A DNA stretch of 63,709 bases, counting the filler, from Octopus bimaculoides (Eukaryota), in NCBI RefSeq assembly GCF_001194135.2. It is 6 parts of 6 records of this genome, joined end to end, with 100 filler letters (N's around TTAATTAATTAA, not from the genome) between each part and the next. Parts side by side here need not be neighbours in the genome. Positions count along the whole stretch, not along the records: positions 1 to 24,425 come from NC_068986.1; 5 more parts are not named here. One strand, given 5' to 3'. Positions within the stretch are counted from its first letter, which is position 1. Every line of letters begins with the position of its first letter. The notes beneath the pieces were generated by a model that saw only the letters and a list, made by a program, of their open reading frames with translations, was not told where the DNA came from and searched no databases. Positions 1 to 13,328 of the stretch are shown here, piece by piece. Position numbers and translations under genes: made by a program.

Positions 1-160
1 ACACTCTCTGAGTGGTTGGCGTTAGGAAGGGCATCCAGCTGTAGAAACTCTGCCAAATTAGATTGGAGCCTGGTGTTGCCATCCAGTTTCACCAGTCCTC
101 AGTCAAATCGTCCAACCCATGCTAGCATGGAAAGCGGACGTTAAACGATGATGATGATGA
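1..160 (+). mobile_element. 3' end of RTE-type LINE/derived SINE with (GAT)n tail, young subfamily
   Basis: Two mismatches versus the copy at 16999-17160; ends ggaaagcggacgttaaac(gat)n. Confidence 0.85.
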
Positions 161-201
<41 letters not shown>

Positions 202-297
202 GAGCTTTTATTCTCTTTTCTTACAAGCCTGTTTGTCTTTGCTTTTCTTTCCCTTGTTTCATCTTATATCGATCTCAGTGAAAGTATAGTAACTTAC

Positions 298-469
298 CTT
301 GAACCTCAGCAGGGTCAGTTGTTCGCCGAAAGTTTACCCAAAACATTACCAATTCTTTAAATATATGAGCCTGAGCTTCATCAAATATGTTGCAACTTGT
401 TTGTTTCTCACTTAGAAAATTGTGAGCTGCCAGTACTGTTCTTTGGTACATGTCATTAGGAATATCAAT
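298..469 (-). CDS. RGS22/RGSL1-like exon, end of RGS domain (IDIPNDMYQR...IFDEAQAHIFKELVMFWVNF...)
   Basis: Acceptor tttcattgctag, donor aag/gtaagt; 172 nt; IDIP...FDEAQ..IF..L..FW..F is characteristic of RGS22-family domains. The gene continues left of the window. Confidence 0.93.
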
Positions 470-522
470 CTAGCAATGAAATAAATAGACTATTTAATTA
501 CCTATTAATAATTGTTTTTAAT

Positions 523-960
523 TTTGGCATGAGGCCAGCAATTTCAAGGGAGTGGATTAGTTGATTACACTAACCCCAATGCACAGCTGGTATTTATTTT
601 ATTAACCTTGAAAAAAATGAAAGGCAAAATCAATCTTGGTAGAATTTGAACTCAGAGCATCAAAAGCCAAAAGAAATGCCACTTAGCATTTTGTTCCATG
701 CAGTAATGATTCTGCCAGCTTACCATCTTAATTAACTATTAATGATCCTTCCTATGATAAGCACAATTTTTAAAATTTCAGGAGAGGTCAGATAGTTGAC
801 TATATTGACAACAGTGCTCAAATAATATTTATTTCATGCACTCCAAAAGGATGAAAGGTAATGTTGACCTCAGTGGAATTTGAAATCAGAACATGAAGCT
901 GCATGAACTGCAACTAAGCATTTTGTCCAATGTGCTAATGATTCTGCCAGCCTGCCACTT
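523..960 (-). mobile_element. Two adjacent decayed copies of SINE family A
   Basis: Shared motifs gaatttgaactcagaac, ctaagcattttgtcc and tctgccagc, also found at 6580-6820, 8095-8305, 11225-11405 and 19255-19470. Confidence 0.75.
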
Positions 961-1874
961 TTAATTACCGATTGATAATACATTTGTTTAGCTATTCTCA
1001 AAATACCCCTACAGACAAGAGCAAAGAGAATCTTTGTGAGATTCTAAAGGGTTACTAACATTTGTTCTATAATCATATAAGGAGAACATTTTTTCAAGCA
1101 AGTTATGTTATAGAAAAGGTCTTCCAAGAACATCAAATAAATACTTTATACCTAAGCAATTTATCTCTCAATAACTTTCAGATAAATTTACTTCTTTTCT
1201 ATAAGAAAGTAAAGCACAGTTAGTTGTTCTTTCATAAGTGTAGCTTGGTAACATGTACCATGCTTTCACTTATTGCTTCAGGTACTATTTCAGTTATGAG
1301 CTGACATGCACTCCCTCTAAGCCCTTCCACCTTTGACTCAGCAGAACATTCCAGCTGTGACAGTAGAAGAAAAGAGAGTTGCACCAGCTCCTGGCTGGTA
1401 TTCATTTCAGCTGAGTGGACTGAACTGCATGAAATGAAGTAATGAAGTGCCTTGCTCAAGAACACAACATGCTGTCTAGTCCAGGAAATTGAAACCCTGA
1501 CTCATGAGCCAAACATCCTAACCACTTGGCCACACACTGTGCTTGTGAGAAATTAATTTGATATTGAGATGTATGGGTCAATACAGATTGAAATGTAAAG
1601 GTCAATTCAGTAATTATTGAATATTTCTTAAATTTTGTTTGAGCTAAGCTAATTCCTTTTTTCCCCCCTTTTTTTGTGACCAGATTATGCATTTCCTTTT
1701 ATCTATAGATTCCAAGAAGACAGGCTATATTTATAGCATGTAGATGTTCTGCTTGAATGGTATTTTACTTCCAAGAAAAGCTATGTGTGTGTGTACAACA
1801 TAGAACTATCCCAAGGTGGAACAAGAAGTAGATTAAATCAATATTAATCTTTTTCATTAAAAAGGTGTTTTGTT

Positions 1875-1970
1875 GTTGCCATCCGGTTTCACCAGTCCTC
1901 AGTCAAGTCGTCCAACCCATGCTAGCATGGAAAGCGGACGTTAAACGATGATGATGATGATGATGATGAT
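1875..1970 (+). mobile_element. 5'-truncated RTE 3' end, young subfamily
   Basis: Near-identical to 72-160, with (GAT)n tail. Confidence 0.85.
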
Positions 1971-2531
1971 ATGTAGATCATGGCAGGATTTGAACTCAGA
2001 ATGCAGAGAGCTGGAAAAAATGGTGTTTGGCATTTTGTCCAATGATTCTGTTGCTATTTTATTTCATATATTCTGAATGGACCTGGAAAGTTAACTTTCG
2101 TGTGATTTGAAACCAGGACATAAGGAAGTAGAATAAATATTGCAGAGTATTTTATCAAATTCTTTCTTCATTCTACCAATTTGGTATTTATGACTTTTTT
2201 TACCATATTTCTGAACAAACACTTTATCTGTATGCTTCAATTAATTCTGAAACTAACCAAGAATTTGGAGAAATTTAGTAAAATAAGTCACTTGTTCATT
2301 ATAAAGCCAATGTTTGGGATGTTAATCTAAAATTATGTAAATAGTTCTTACAAAAAATTTTGATAGAAAATTTAAATTTAGATATTTAAACACTTTAGAA
2401 TAAGACATTTTGTATCACAGAACTTGGGTGGTTGCAGGTGGGTTGGTAACAAAAGAGAGAAAGAGAGAGAGAGAGTCTTTGAGTTTTTAGATTTTTTTAA
2501 AAAATATAATAAGGATCTTTGTTTAACTCAC

Positions 2532-2630
2532 ACAAACAGTTGGTGGTGTTTTAGATTCTAGATAGAATTCCAGTATGTTCAGCGTCTTCTTTCTCAGTAG
2601 CCTCTCATTATTTGCATATTTGTATGCTTC
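2532..2630 (-). CDS. RGS22/RGSL1-like exon (EAYKYANNERLLRKKTLNILEFYLESKTPPTVC)
   Basis: Pyrimidine tract plus aag acceptor, donor gtgagt; 99 nt; KK..I...YL.S..PP motif as in the RGS22 C-terminal RGS domain. Confidence 0.9.
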
Positions 2631-2711
2631 CTTTATTAAATATAATAAAAACAGAAAAAGAAGAAAGAAATCTCATAGAAAACAGTTTAAATTTTAAATG
2701 TATATTTGTAA

Positions 2712-2880
2712 GGAAAGATGTGGCTGTGTGGTAAGAAGTTTGCTTCCCAACCACATGGTCCCTGGTTCAGTCCCACTGAGTGGAAGCATAGGTAAGTATC
2801 TTCTATTATAGCCTGAGGCTGACCAAAGCCTTGTGAGTGGAATTGGTATATGAAAACTGAAAGAAACCCATCCTATACAA
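2712..2880 (+). mobile_element. tRNA-derived SINE family B
   Basis: tRNA-like head gtggctgtgtggtaagaagtttgcttcccaaccac...ggttcagtccc; other copies at 7655-7775(-), 9790-9960(-), 11880-12040(+) and 16705-16860(-). Confidence 0.75.
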
Positions 2881-2924
2881 ATGTGTGTGTGTGTGTGCTG
2901 TGTGTTGTATGTGTATACATACAT

Positions 2925-3510
2925 ATCATCATCATCATCGTCACCATTTAACATCCATCTTCCATGCATGCATGGGTAGGATGGTTGACAGGAGCTGGCC
3001 AGGTAGAAAAGCTACCCTCGGCTACTGTGTCTGTTTTGGCATGGATTTTACAGCTGGATCCCCTTCCTAACACCAACCACTCAGTAGAGTGGACACAGTG
3101 CTTTTTACATGGCACTAGCACAGGTGAGATTAGTTTTGGCATGGTTTTTACAGCTGGATGCTTTTAATGTGGCACCAACACTGGCAGTGTAAGCAAGTAA
3201 CTTGCAAGACAAGGAATTATGAGAGGGGCAGGTTCATTTGAGGAGGGGAACTTGTGTCAGAGGGTGAAAGGTTACAGTATGACAAAGAGACATGTGTGTG
3301 TGTTACTGTCTCTTTGCTTTGACTTCATGTCCCAACAGTCCTTCACTTCCTATCTTCTGCAAAAACATGTCTGGTCATGGGGAAATATTACCCTACCTAG
3401 AAATAGGTGAGGGTTGGTGAAATGAAGGGCATCCACCCGTAGAAAATCTGCTTCAACAAATTCGAACCACCCCATGCAAGCATGGAAAAGTGGATGTTAA
3501 ACAATTGTGA
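2925..3510. mobile_element. Two decayed RTE 3' ends in opposite orientations
   Basis: (CAT)n tail at ~2925 on minus; gaagggcatcc...catggaaaagtggatgttaaac on plus at ~3420-3510. Confidence 0.6.
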
Positions 3511-4418
3511 TGGTGTTTGTAAGTATGTATGTATGTAGGTGGATAGGTAGGTATTACAAGAGTGAATATAGATGGAAGGTGTGACTGAAGGGGAACATGA
3601 AAGGGGGATAAGTGGATGATGACAAGGGAGTGTTTTTAACTTGATACAGAACTAATATTACAAGGAACATTGTTGGAAAAGTACTTGTTTTCTTCTTGTT
3701 CCTTGTCAGCATATATTGATTAAAGATATACAGATATATAAATGAACTCATTAAAGTTTCAGATAGATTGAATTGTAGTTATCATTCCAGTTCTCTGTAC
3801 TTTGAGTTAAAATCCTGTTGAAGCCAACTTTACCTTGCATCTTTTTGGGGGCCGACAAATAAAACCTCAGTCAGGGAGATTCTTCTCATTCTCTCTCTTT
3901 CTTTTTCTTTCTGTTCTGACTATCTTTCTAGAAGAAATTAACAGTTGTCACACACAGAGTGGGATGGGCTTTGCCAGTGCTAAAACTATACCTAAGACAA
4001 GCCATATATCATGAGGGCACCCTTAATACTGAAGCAAGGAGTTCAGGCCTCAACGAAAGCCAAGACAAGTAGAATAAAATAAATCGGTTTCAATAATAAA
4101 GATCCAGTTGTTTGACCAAATGAACTACCTGTTCATTGAATTAGCAGTAAGTGGCTGAGTATTCCACGGATATACCTTGAATGAAATTCTCTGCTTATTT
4201 AGTATGACAGGGCAACAAGGCTGGACCTCTGAATTACAAATACAGTGCATGCAACTGGCTTCAGCACAGTTTTCGTCTATGCAATTTCACTCACAATGAA
4301 TGGGTCAATTTGGGGCTGTAAAAAAATATTTACCCATGAAGCCATGCAGTGAGATTGAACCTGGGGACACTCGGGTGGTGAAGTGATTTTTTTAATCATC
4401 TAATTACACTGAATCCAC

Positions 4419-4449
<31 letters not shown>

Positions 4450-5025
4450 CGTATGCATGCATGTATGTATGTGTGCATATGAGTATGTATGTATGTGTGT
4501 GTGTGTGTATGTATAAGTGTGTGTGTATGTATGTACGTATGTATGTATAAACGTACATATGTGGATGCAGTGCAATCTGCTTTTTCCATGACACTACTAT
4601 ATATGTACGATATATGCATACATGCATATATAGTACATATATGGTAGTGTCATGAAAAATGCAGACATTGGAGCTCACTGGATCTTGACAAACTGTTCAA
4701 TCCATTTTAGTGTGGAAGGTAGACATTGAATGATTCTGATGATGATGATGATGATATATGCAATGGTCTTTCACATAATTTGCTGCTATTAAATTCCACT
4801 CATATGATAAAGGTCATTTTGAGGTTAAGGGAATGAGATTGCCATACTGTGAGTTGAACCAACAACCATGTGGTTGTCTTAAACCACAACAACCATGACC
4901 TACACCCATATTTCTTAACCTCTCAACGGTATAAGAACAGAATAACTGCATGGAATACGATGAGCTGTGGAAAGAAATGATAAAATTTTAGAAACTACTT
5001 TAGTTACAAAAGAGATTCTCCTTAC

Positions 5026-5217
5026 CTTTAACCGTAGAACATCGATGTAAAAAAACAGATCTTTGTCAACATAAGGCAAAATATCTTCATCCACATGTTT
5101 GGTGAGATAGATATGGAAGTAGATCAGTTGAACACTCATCTGACCAATAGAACATTGCTGAAGAGCAGTCAGTAATTCTTCTTGCTCTTCTTTGTTTGGT
5201 ATAACATATGCAATGGA
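5026..5217 (-). CDS. RGS22/RGSL1-like exon, start of RGS domain (SIAYVIPNKEEQEELL...DKDLFFYIDVLRLK)
   Basis: Acceptor ttgttctag, donor aag/gtaagg; 192 nt; phase 0 to 0; LFFYIDVLRLK matches the RGS LLFW.EV..YK helix. Confidence 0.9.
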
Positions 5218-5390
5218 CTAGAACAATAGAGATTTTGATATTTATGAGCAATGGACTGGAACAAAAAGAATTTTAATGTCTATGATGGGTAATAGAGCAG
5301 AACATTAAGGAGCTGGGTATTTATGAGCAATGGACCGGAATGAAAATAATTTTAATAATTATGAGCAATTGAGTGGAACTGCCAAAGTGC
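5200..5390. repeat. Degenerate tandem repeat (atgagcaatggactggaac core) overlapping the splice acceptor of exon 5026-5217
   Basis: Four copies of the gcaatggac(t/c)(a/g)gaa-like core at ~5210, 5248, 5326 and 5365. Confidence 0.7.
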
Positions 5391-5559
5391 TTAGGACTTG
5401 TAACACTCTCGGTCCAGTAACAGATGAAGGTTATGATGTATCAGGTGATCTTAGCCCATATTTCAGCTATTCATTGGTCTGGGGCATTTGTGTGGTGGCA
5501 TGATCAAATGGAAAATTCCATGCTGTTTTATGCCTAACTGTGGTTGTAAATTGAAATGT

Positions 5560-6130
5560 ATGGAATGATAAGAGTGAAAGAGAGTAATTGATGTCAATAT
5601 AGTGTGATAGAGTACAGAGCAGTTTGTGTGTGTATGTGTGTGTGTGTGTGTGTGTGTATGCATGTGTATATGTGTGCATGAATGTATGCATATGTATGTG
5701 TGTGTGTGTACATGAGAGAGAGTGAGAGAAAGAGAGAGAATGAGTGAGGGATACCAATAAAGATGGAGAGAGAGAGAGAGAGATAGAGTGGATGTAGGGA
5801 GACAGTGATAGTATAGAAGATAAGTCATAGACGAGAAGATAACAAGTGGGAGGGGCAGTAGATAGAGACTTATAGGGAGAGACCCAAATGTAGATATTAT
5901 ACATCCCTACATCCAACACCCTTTATTACCGCCACCGCCACTGTTGCCGCCGCCGCTGCCCCCACCACCACCACCACCATCACCACTTTCACCATCATGA
6001 TCACCTCCACCCTCAACACAATAATGACAACAATGATGCCAACTGTGATGATGATGATGATGATAATGATGACAATGACAATCACCCCTACTACCAGTAC
6101 CACTACCACCACCACAACCACCACCACGCT
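5560..6130. repeat. Compound microsatellite and low-complexity tract (TG, GA, ACC, ATG)
   Basis: Directly visible; source of spurious ORFs. Confidence 0.9.
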
Positions 6131-6579
6131 ATGCTTGCATGGTTTTGATGGGTCTCCTCCTGCACAGTATTTCATCACTCAGTGTAGACCCTTTGACATT
6201 TCCTTCATGAGAACCAGCCTCTTTGAGAAGTTATATGTGATAAGATGCTGTACAGTAGTACATCAACCCTTTAAAAGAAATCACAAGTAATATTATTTAT
6301 TTGGAATCTGATTCCATTCAGTACATGGACCAATTAATAGTAATATTATATAACTTATCCATTAACTAATGATTATTATATTAATTGCCTCTGCCATGTT
6401 TGTTAGCATGGTTGATAAACAGAGCTGGAAACCACAATATTTACATATACAAAAAAAATCTGATTTCTGTTTGCATTACAAAAATATATTAACTTTTCTG
6501 GGAACTCACCATTCAGGAAACACTGAAAGCTAGAAGAAACAATGGATATCTTACAGGGTTTGTGAATATTCCTTTCTAT

Positions 6580-6820
6580 TATAGGCACAAGGCCTGGATT
6601 TTGTAGGGAGGGGACAGTCAATCACATCAACCCCAGTGTTTCACTGGTGCTTATTTATCGACCCCGAAAGGATGAATAGCAAAGTCGACCTTGGTGGAAT
6701 TTGAACTCAGAACGTAGCAGCAGATGAAATAGCGCTAAGCATTTCGCTTAGCATGCTAATGATTCTGCTAATGATTCTGCTAATGATTCTGCTAATGATT
6801 CTGCCAGCTTGCCATCTTAG
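6580..6820 (-). mobile_element. SINE family A, well conserved, with an internal 12-bp tandem expansion (ctaatgattctg x4)
   Basis: Family motifs gtcgacc...ggaatttgaactcagaacgt; tandem at ~6756-6805. Confidence 0.8.
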
Positions 6821-7094
6821 AGTTTATGAATAATGCTAATTATTAGCACACACTATGTATGCATGTGTATTTGTATATGTGTATGTGTGTCTTTTCTCTT
6901 TTACTCGTTTTAGTCTTTGAATGAATTATCCCCAGTACTTACTTTAATATGGTGCTTATTCAGTTGGTCTCTATTTCTGTTGTAAACCAATCAACACTGG
7001 TTGTCAAGCAGTGATGGTGGGAGCAAACATTAAAATACACACACACACGTATGTATGTGTGTGTGGGGGGTTGTATGGATGAGAACAGCTGTGT

Positions 7095-7655
7095 AAATGA
7101 GTGCTGATCTCTAATTGTGGAAGGAATCTGTGGAAGAGGTAGATTCAGGAAGACATGGGATGAGGTGGTGAAGCATGATCCTCAAATGTTGGGCCTCACA
7201 GAGGTGATGACTAGTGACCTTCTGCAATTTGCTCATCAAGCCAAGTGAAGTTGTAGTCATGGTCATTGCCAGTGTCATGTGAATGGCAACCATGTGGCTG
7301 TTGCTGGTAACATGCTCTTTGAATGTTGGGCCTCGTGAAGGCAATGACAAGTGACCAAGACCTTTCACAGTATGCTGTGCTTGAGAAGACTCATCAAGCC
7401 AAGAGAAACCATAGTCATGGCCATTGCAACCCATGAAATCGTAGTTGTGGCTGTTGCCAGAGTCATGTAAATGGAACCTGTGCTGGTGGCACATAAAAAG
7501 CACCCACTACACTTTTGGAGTGGTTAGTGTTAGGAAGGGCATCCAGCCATAGAAACCATGCTAAATCAGATTGGAACCTGGTACAGCTCTCCAGCTTACC
7601 AGTTCTTGTCAAACCATTTAACCCATGCCAACATGGAAAGCAGACATTAAATAAA
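7095..7655 (+). mobile_element. RTE LINE 3' fragment (ORF C-terminus GRGRFRKTWDEVVKHD plus 3' UTR)
   Basis: RGRP.KTW.EVV..D motif of RTE ORF ends, followed by the family 3' end. Confidence 0.75.
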
Positions 7656-8430
7656 CAAGGCTTTGGTCTGCTTGGGGCTATAGTAGACATTTGTCCAAGG
7701 TGCTGTGCAATGGGACTGAACCCAAAACCATGTGGTTGTGAAGTGAGTTCATAACAACACAGCCATGCCTATACCTATATTGAATTCTACTCACAATTTG
7801 CATATTGCATAATACTAATGACTTTTCAGATGTCTGTCATCCTTATTTAATGAATTATTGAATCACAACAAAATTCAAGAGAGAAATATTGATTTCTTAT
7901 ACAAGATTAAAGTTTCAGATTTAACGAGAAAAATTAATGAGACTGTGCAACATTCACAAAGTTCTTAAGGTGAATAGCAATGTAGATGAATGGATATAAT
8001 GGGAGGATGTATAAAAGAGAAATCAATTAATCAAAACCTATGATCTATATAACAAAAGACACAACTTCCTTTCTCCATATTTACCTCCTCTCAAAGGTGG
8101 TGAGCTGGTAGAATTGTAGCGAGCTGGACAAAATGCTTAGTGGTATTTCTCCTGACTTTAAGTTCTGTATTTAAATGCCACTGAGGTTGACTTATTTTGA
8201 ATTGTTTCAGGGTGGATAAGATAAGTACCAGTTGTGCACTGAGGTTGACACAGTTGACTTACCCACTCCCTGAAAATTGCTGGCATTGTGCCAAATTTAG
8301 AAAGCGTATTTCCCTTCCATCATCTTCCTCTTTGTTCATTCATTGATGTTACTCATCTGCCCTTTTGTGATTTACAGTTACTGTTAAGAGAAATATAGTT
8401 AGTCATTGAGAGAAAGCAGTGCTGTTGTAC

Positions 8431-8577
8431 CTTTATTTTCTTTCGTTGTACAGTTGTCTTTCTGGTCATTTGGCTAGTAAATGTCTCTCTTTCTTTCTTT
8501 GTCAATAAAGCAATAATGTCTGTTCTGTTCAGTTGCGAAAGTTCTATCTCACCAATACCACATTCATCACACCGAAC
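8431..8577 (-). CDS. RGS22/RGSL1-like exon (VRCDECGIGEIELSQLNRTDIIALLTKKERETFTSQMTRKTTVQRKKIK)
   Basis: Acceptor ttctttcattatcattgtcag, donor aag/gtacaa; 147 nt; phase 0 to 0. Confidence 0.85.
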
Positions 8578-9467
8578 CTGACAATGATAATGAAAGAATA
8601 ACAAATTTCACTGAAAGCAACAAAATATTAGTGGTTAGCTGACGTTCTTCTTTGGATGAACAAGCAAGGGTGACAACTCTATACATTTCAAATTTATGAG
8701 GCTTCTTCAGCTGAAGTACAACTTTTGTTATCGTATCTCAACCTTGGACTAATTAACTTACAGTATAGAACCTGCAAAGATATTATAAGTTGTACAATTT
8801 TCTTGTAATCTGTTTTTATTTTATTTTATTTTTCACTATTATATTTCCAGAATCTGTTCAATCATTTAAAATTCTTTCTGTTGAAGTACTTTTTAAATGG
8901 GTCGCTTCACATTATACAAAGAACACTTTTATTCTGCAAATTTCCTTTTATATACAAGAAATTTTTCAACTATTATCCTCTTAAATTTGAAGTGAAAATG
9001 GGGCATATTTTCTAAAACTAAAGTTTTACATAAGTTTTTACCTAATTGTAGCATACCAGTTCTGATGTTCCAAGATCCTAAAATAAAATGTTTACAAGTT
9101 GTTTATAAACTTGGTGTTTTATTGTTCACTTTTCCATGCCAAATGGGTCAGATGGAATTCATTAAAGTAGATTTTCTATAGTCAGAAGCCTTTCCTGTTG
9201 CAAACCCTCACTTGTTTCTAAGCAAGGTAATATTTTCCCATGAGTAGACATGCTTTTATGAAAGACTGGAAATGGATACAGCTTAAATGAGGGTGACGCT
9301 TGTTTATAGTTATCCTCAGATGTCAAGATATATNNNNNNNNNNNNNNNNNNNNNNNNNNNNNNNNNNNNNNNNNNNNNNNNNNNNNNNNNNNNNNNNNNN
9401 NNNNNNNNNNNNNNNNNNNNNNNNNNNNNNNNNNNNNNNNNNNNNNNNNNNNNNNNNNNNNNNTATA

Positions 9468-9711
9468 TATAAAAGATAATAAGAGTGAAAAAACTACAGA
9501 AGGCTTGTGTTACATGGTTAAAGTATATATTTAAATTATGTCAGAAAAAATGTTATAAAATCTTTTTGGTATATAAACATTGTATTTTGAGAAATAACTG
9601 GTTTTGTGTTACAATGAAGTAGAGAAATTTGAAAAGACAACACGAAACTGGTTATTTCTCAAAAAGATTTTATAACATTCTGTAGTTTTTTCACTCTTAT
9701 TATCTTTTATA
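9468..9711. mobile_element. MITE with ~34-bp perfect TIRs in TA context (Tc1/mariner-type)
   Basis: tataaaagataataagagtgaaaaaactacagaa at the left end is the reverse complement of 9678-9711. Confidence 0.8.
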
Positions 9712-10279
9712 CATCCAACCACGTGCTTTCACATACCAACTTTCTCACCTATATATATATATATATACACACATATACATCCATGCGTATATATACATAG
9801 ACAATGAGCTTTTGTTCCAGTTCCTGTCTATCAAATCCACTCACAAGGCTATGGTCAGCCCAGGGCCATAAAAGAAAAGTCTTGTCTAAGGTGTCATGCA
9901 GTGGTACGGAACTCAAAACCACATGGTCAGGAAGCAAATTTCAGGCAGCCATGCCTGTTCAAATTGTGTATCAGCATTAAGTTGTATTTTGAACTGTGTG
10001 TGAAATGATAGCTGAAAATTTGCCATTTACAGAAAAGGGACAAATAGAATAATATCTCAATAGTATAATATTGACTAATGTTACCAAATATAAAATATTA
10101 TAATTCTGCTGAAATTTTGTGTTTTGTTTCTTTGAATTTGAAGAAATAAATGCCAATAATGAATTAAAGTTAAAATTAATTTCCTTTAAACTGTCTCACA
10201 ACTCTATAACTAATGAAATGTGCTGTCTATGTGTTTTAATTAATTTTCAAAATAATCACTCATTTGGTGGGATTAAGTA

Positions 10280-10520
10280 AAATAATTAACCTTTCCTTCA
10301 CTAATCGTTCTGACACCAACCTGCCCCCGCTTCTATAATATAAACTTACTGTTTTAAAGCGATCTAAATTAAAACCTTCCCTCAAACTTCTAAGATAATT
10401 TACACCAGCTTAATAACAACAAAATTATTTTACAAAATTTTACTAAATCTTTCATTGTTTTCACAATTAACTGGAACATAAGCAGTGTACTTCAACAGAA
10501 ATATGGTAAAGAAAGGGTTA
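10280..10520. mobile_element. Non-autonomous DNA element, possibly piggyBac-like (TTAA...AAAGGGTTAA ends)
   Basis: Right end aaagggttaa, degenerate left end ttaacctttcc; reverse-complement relative at ~2210-2460. Confidence 0.45.
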
Positions 10521-11612
10521 AGCTGTTGGTTTTTATAGAACAAAACTTAATGAAAGTGACTTGAATAAATCTATGATGGAAAGTCTTATTTCAAATATGA
10601 ACATTTTAAAACTGGAAATTTGTTTCATAGAATTAGGGATGGTCTCAAGTGGATTTGCATCAGAAGGTTCAAAGCAGTTTTATGCAATTCAGTAGATTAA
10701 ATACATCAAAAGGTTTAAGACAGTTACATGCTTTTCAGTAGATTCTGTTATAACAAAAGTTGAATCAAATAAATCCCTGCTTTACACTGAAGCATGCAAA
10801 AGCTGACACACAAATTCAAATAATCTTGCAATCCATGATTGTGTACTAAAAATTAGTACACAATTGCACAATTATCTAGCTTCACTGATAGAAGTTTCAA
10901 TTTATTATCATATATTTCAGACTGTTATAATGGTAATGATTATATTTAGAAAATAGAAGTCAAATCTTTATAAACATAGAAAATATTTTTTTAAATCTCT
11001 TTGCCATGAGGGAAGGCCAGTTCTCATGACTTTTTACGGGACCACCAAGACAGGTGAGAAGGAGGGAGAGAGCCATCTTAAATTAAAGATCTGGCTTGAC
11101 TGCTTGCAACAGAAGGTATTCTGCTAAAGATACTCAAGGATCAGATGGTAGAATTAAACTGGGTGATGAATAAAAGCAAGATTTCAATTCAGACCACAAA
11201 AAGTTAAACATATACCACAAGGTTTCCTGTTTGACACTAATATTTCTACCAGTCCAGGACCAAAGCCTAGAACTTTATCAATCCTGAAAAGATAAAAAGT
11301 AAAGCTAATCTCCATGGGATTTGAACTCAGAACACAATGTACTAGAATAAATATTGCGAAGCATTTCATTTGACATTCTAACAACTCAACCAAGTTATCC
11401 AGCAATATATCTACTTTGTTATCATTTTGATACTTTGTATATCTTCACTATCCATGACAATATTCCCACTCCAATTTTTACAATATTTCTTTGAAGTACA
11501 AAACAAATGATTATATCATATTTCTACTTAGAAGTACTTACCATATTATTCATATATTTCTAGTTGAATGTACTCACCATATTATTAATATATTCCAGTT
11601 GGATGTGCTTAC

Positions 11613-11781
11613 CATTAAAAAGCTGTGAAAAGCATCTTCCACCTTCCCCGAAATATTTTTCTCAAGTCTATCCAGAGTACTTAAATCCAAAGTATTAATG
11701 TCTTCACCAACCATTAGCTGTACTTCACCATTCTTAAAGACGGTGTTCACACTGATTAACTTGTTTTCACCGAGACAAGCG
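11613..11781 (-). CDS. RGS22/RGSL1-like exon (ACLGENKLISVNTVFKNGEVQLMVGEDINTLDLSTLDRLEKNISGKVEDAFHSFLM)
   Basis: Acceptor cttcctgtttag, donor gtaagc; 169 nt; phase 2 in, phase 0 out; open frame. Confidence 0.88.
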
Positions 11782-12363
11782 CTAAACAGGAAGTGATTAC
11801 AAAGAAGAAATTGTTGATGTGACTTTGAAGAAAATCAATAAAAATTAAAATAAATTATGCAGAATGTAGGTTGGTAGAAGATGCATGCATGACTGTGGGT
11901 TAAATAGGTGACTTCACGACCAGATAATTTCAGGTTCCAGTCTACCACATGGCACCTTGAGTATCTTCCACTTTAGCTTTAGGCTGACTAATGGCTTGTG
12001 AGCAAAATTTGATTGATGAATACTGCATAAAAGCCTGTGATGCACACACACACACGTGTGTGGGGCATGTGAGTATATTTGTGCTTGTTTGTGTGTAGAT
12101 GTTTGTCTTTGCATGTTTTTACATTGACACTACAGTTGTGATGTTTGTTTATGTCTCTTGTTAGCAAAAAGATCCCATAGCTCTATGGTTTCATTGGCTT
12201 CAACATGAGAAGACCACTCAGACAAAATAAAAACATCACTTAGGAATCAAGCAAGGGCTGATGACAGAAAGGACAACTGGTCATAGAATATTACCCCAAT
12301 AAGCGTTGCTACCTTATACCAGCATTGAAAAAGCAGATTAGAAAATGAAGCTGTAGATGTACA

Positions 12364-12918
12364 TATGAGGCCTCATCAAAATGTATCAGGACTGTTGCTA
12401 TGGTAATGGAGCTAAAATATGCAGAGTGAAGCCACTTGACACAGACTGACCTTGAATGCTGTCATTCATGCACACTAAGTTCTTGCTCATTTTGCTGTTA
12501 TAGCAGTGCTTGGAAGTAAGGTGTGTACAGTGTGGTTATCTCAAAAGGAAGACTGTATTTCAGCTGTGCAGGATCCCCTTGATTGTGTCAAGGAAGACAA
12601 AAACTCTATGAAAATGGTCATAACAGCTGATGAATATGGGTCTATGGCTATAACTCTGAAACCAAGGCCAAAATCAAATCTCATTTGAAAGGAACAAGAT
12701 TTCAAGATGTCAAGGAAATCCAAAAGAGTGCATCAAGGCAGTTGCTCTCTATCCCCAACAAAGAGTTCCAAGAATACTTCCATTAATGGAAATGGTGCTG
12801 GATAAAGTGTGTGGCTTCAGAAAGGGACTACTTTGAAGGAGATTAAATGCCAAATTGATATGTGTTATAGTTTTCTTTTTATAGCGCCATTCCTGATACT
12901 TTTTGATCAGATCTCATT
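12364..12918 (+). mobile_element. Internally deleted mariner
   Basis: TIR pair tgaggcctcatcaaaatgtatcagga / tcctgatactttttgatcagatctca; C-terminal HLKGTRFQDVKEIQ...W..CV...DYFEGD relic. Confidence 0.8.
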
Positions 12919-13328
12919 TAGGTAAATAAGAAAAATCATGTAATATGATCAGCATTGAGATATGATTAAGTCTTTTAACGAAATCTCATCTTTTGTCTTC
13001 TTTGATGACTTAATCCTGTAAGGGTCATTGGGATAATGTACTCATGCATGCCTTCCATTGGGTTCTGTCAGAAGCAGCTATCTCCAACTGATCTGGCTGG
13101 ACCTCCAAGTGAGACCAACCAAGTTCATGGATGTCATCCAACCATTTTGTTTGTCGTTTACCACTGGGGCCAGCTGGTTTTGCTCATAATACCTATCCAG
13201 CCATTCTTTCCCAAGACATTCTTAACGCATGTCCGTAGTATCAGAGCTGTGATCTCTCCATTTGGAGAATTAATAAACAGAAGGAAGTTTTGAAGAAAAC
13301 TAAGTCATAACTGACAAAAGAGAGGAAA

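Noticed and set aside
8660-8715. CUGAAGA...GAAAU-GUA on minus, and CAGAUGA...GAAAC at ~62346-62400
   Set aside because: No convincing stem I or stem II pairing.
8631-8772. Apparent acceptor tttgcag/gttctatact followed by gtaagt on minus
   Set aside because: A 10-nt microexon would break the frame, and exons 11613-11781 and 8431-8577 already join in phase.
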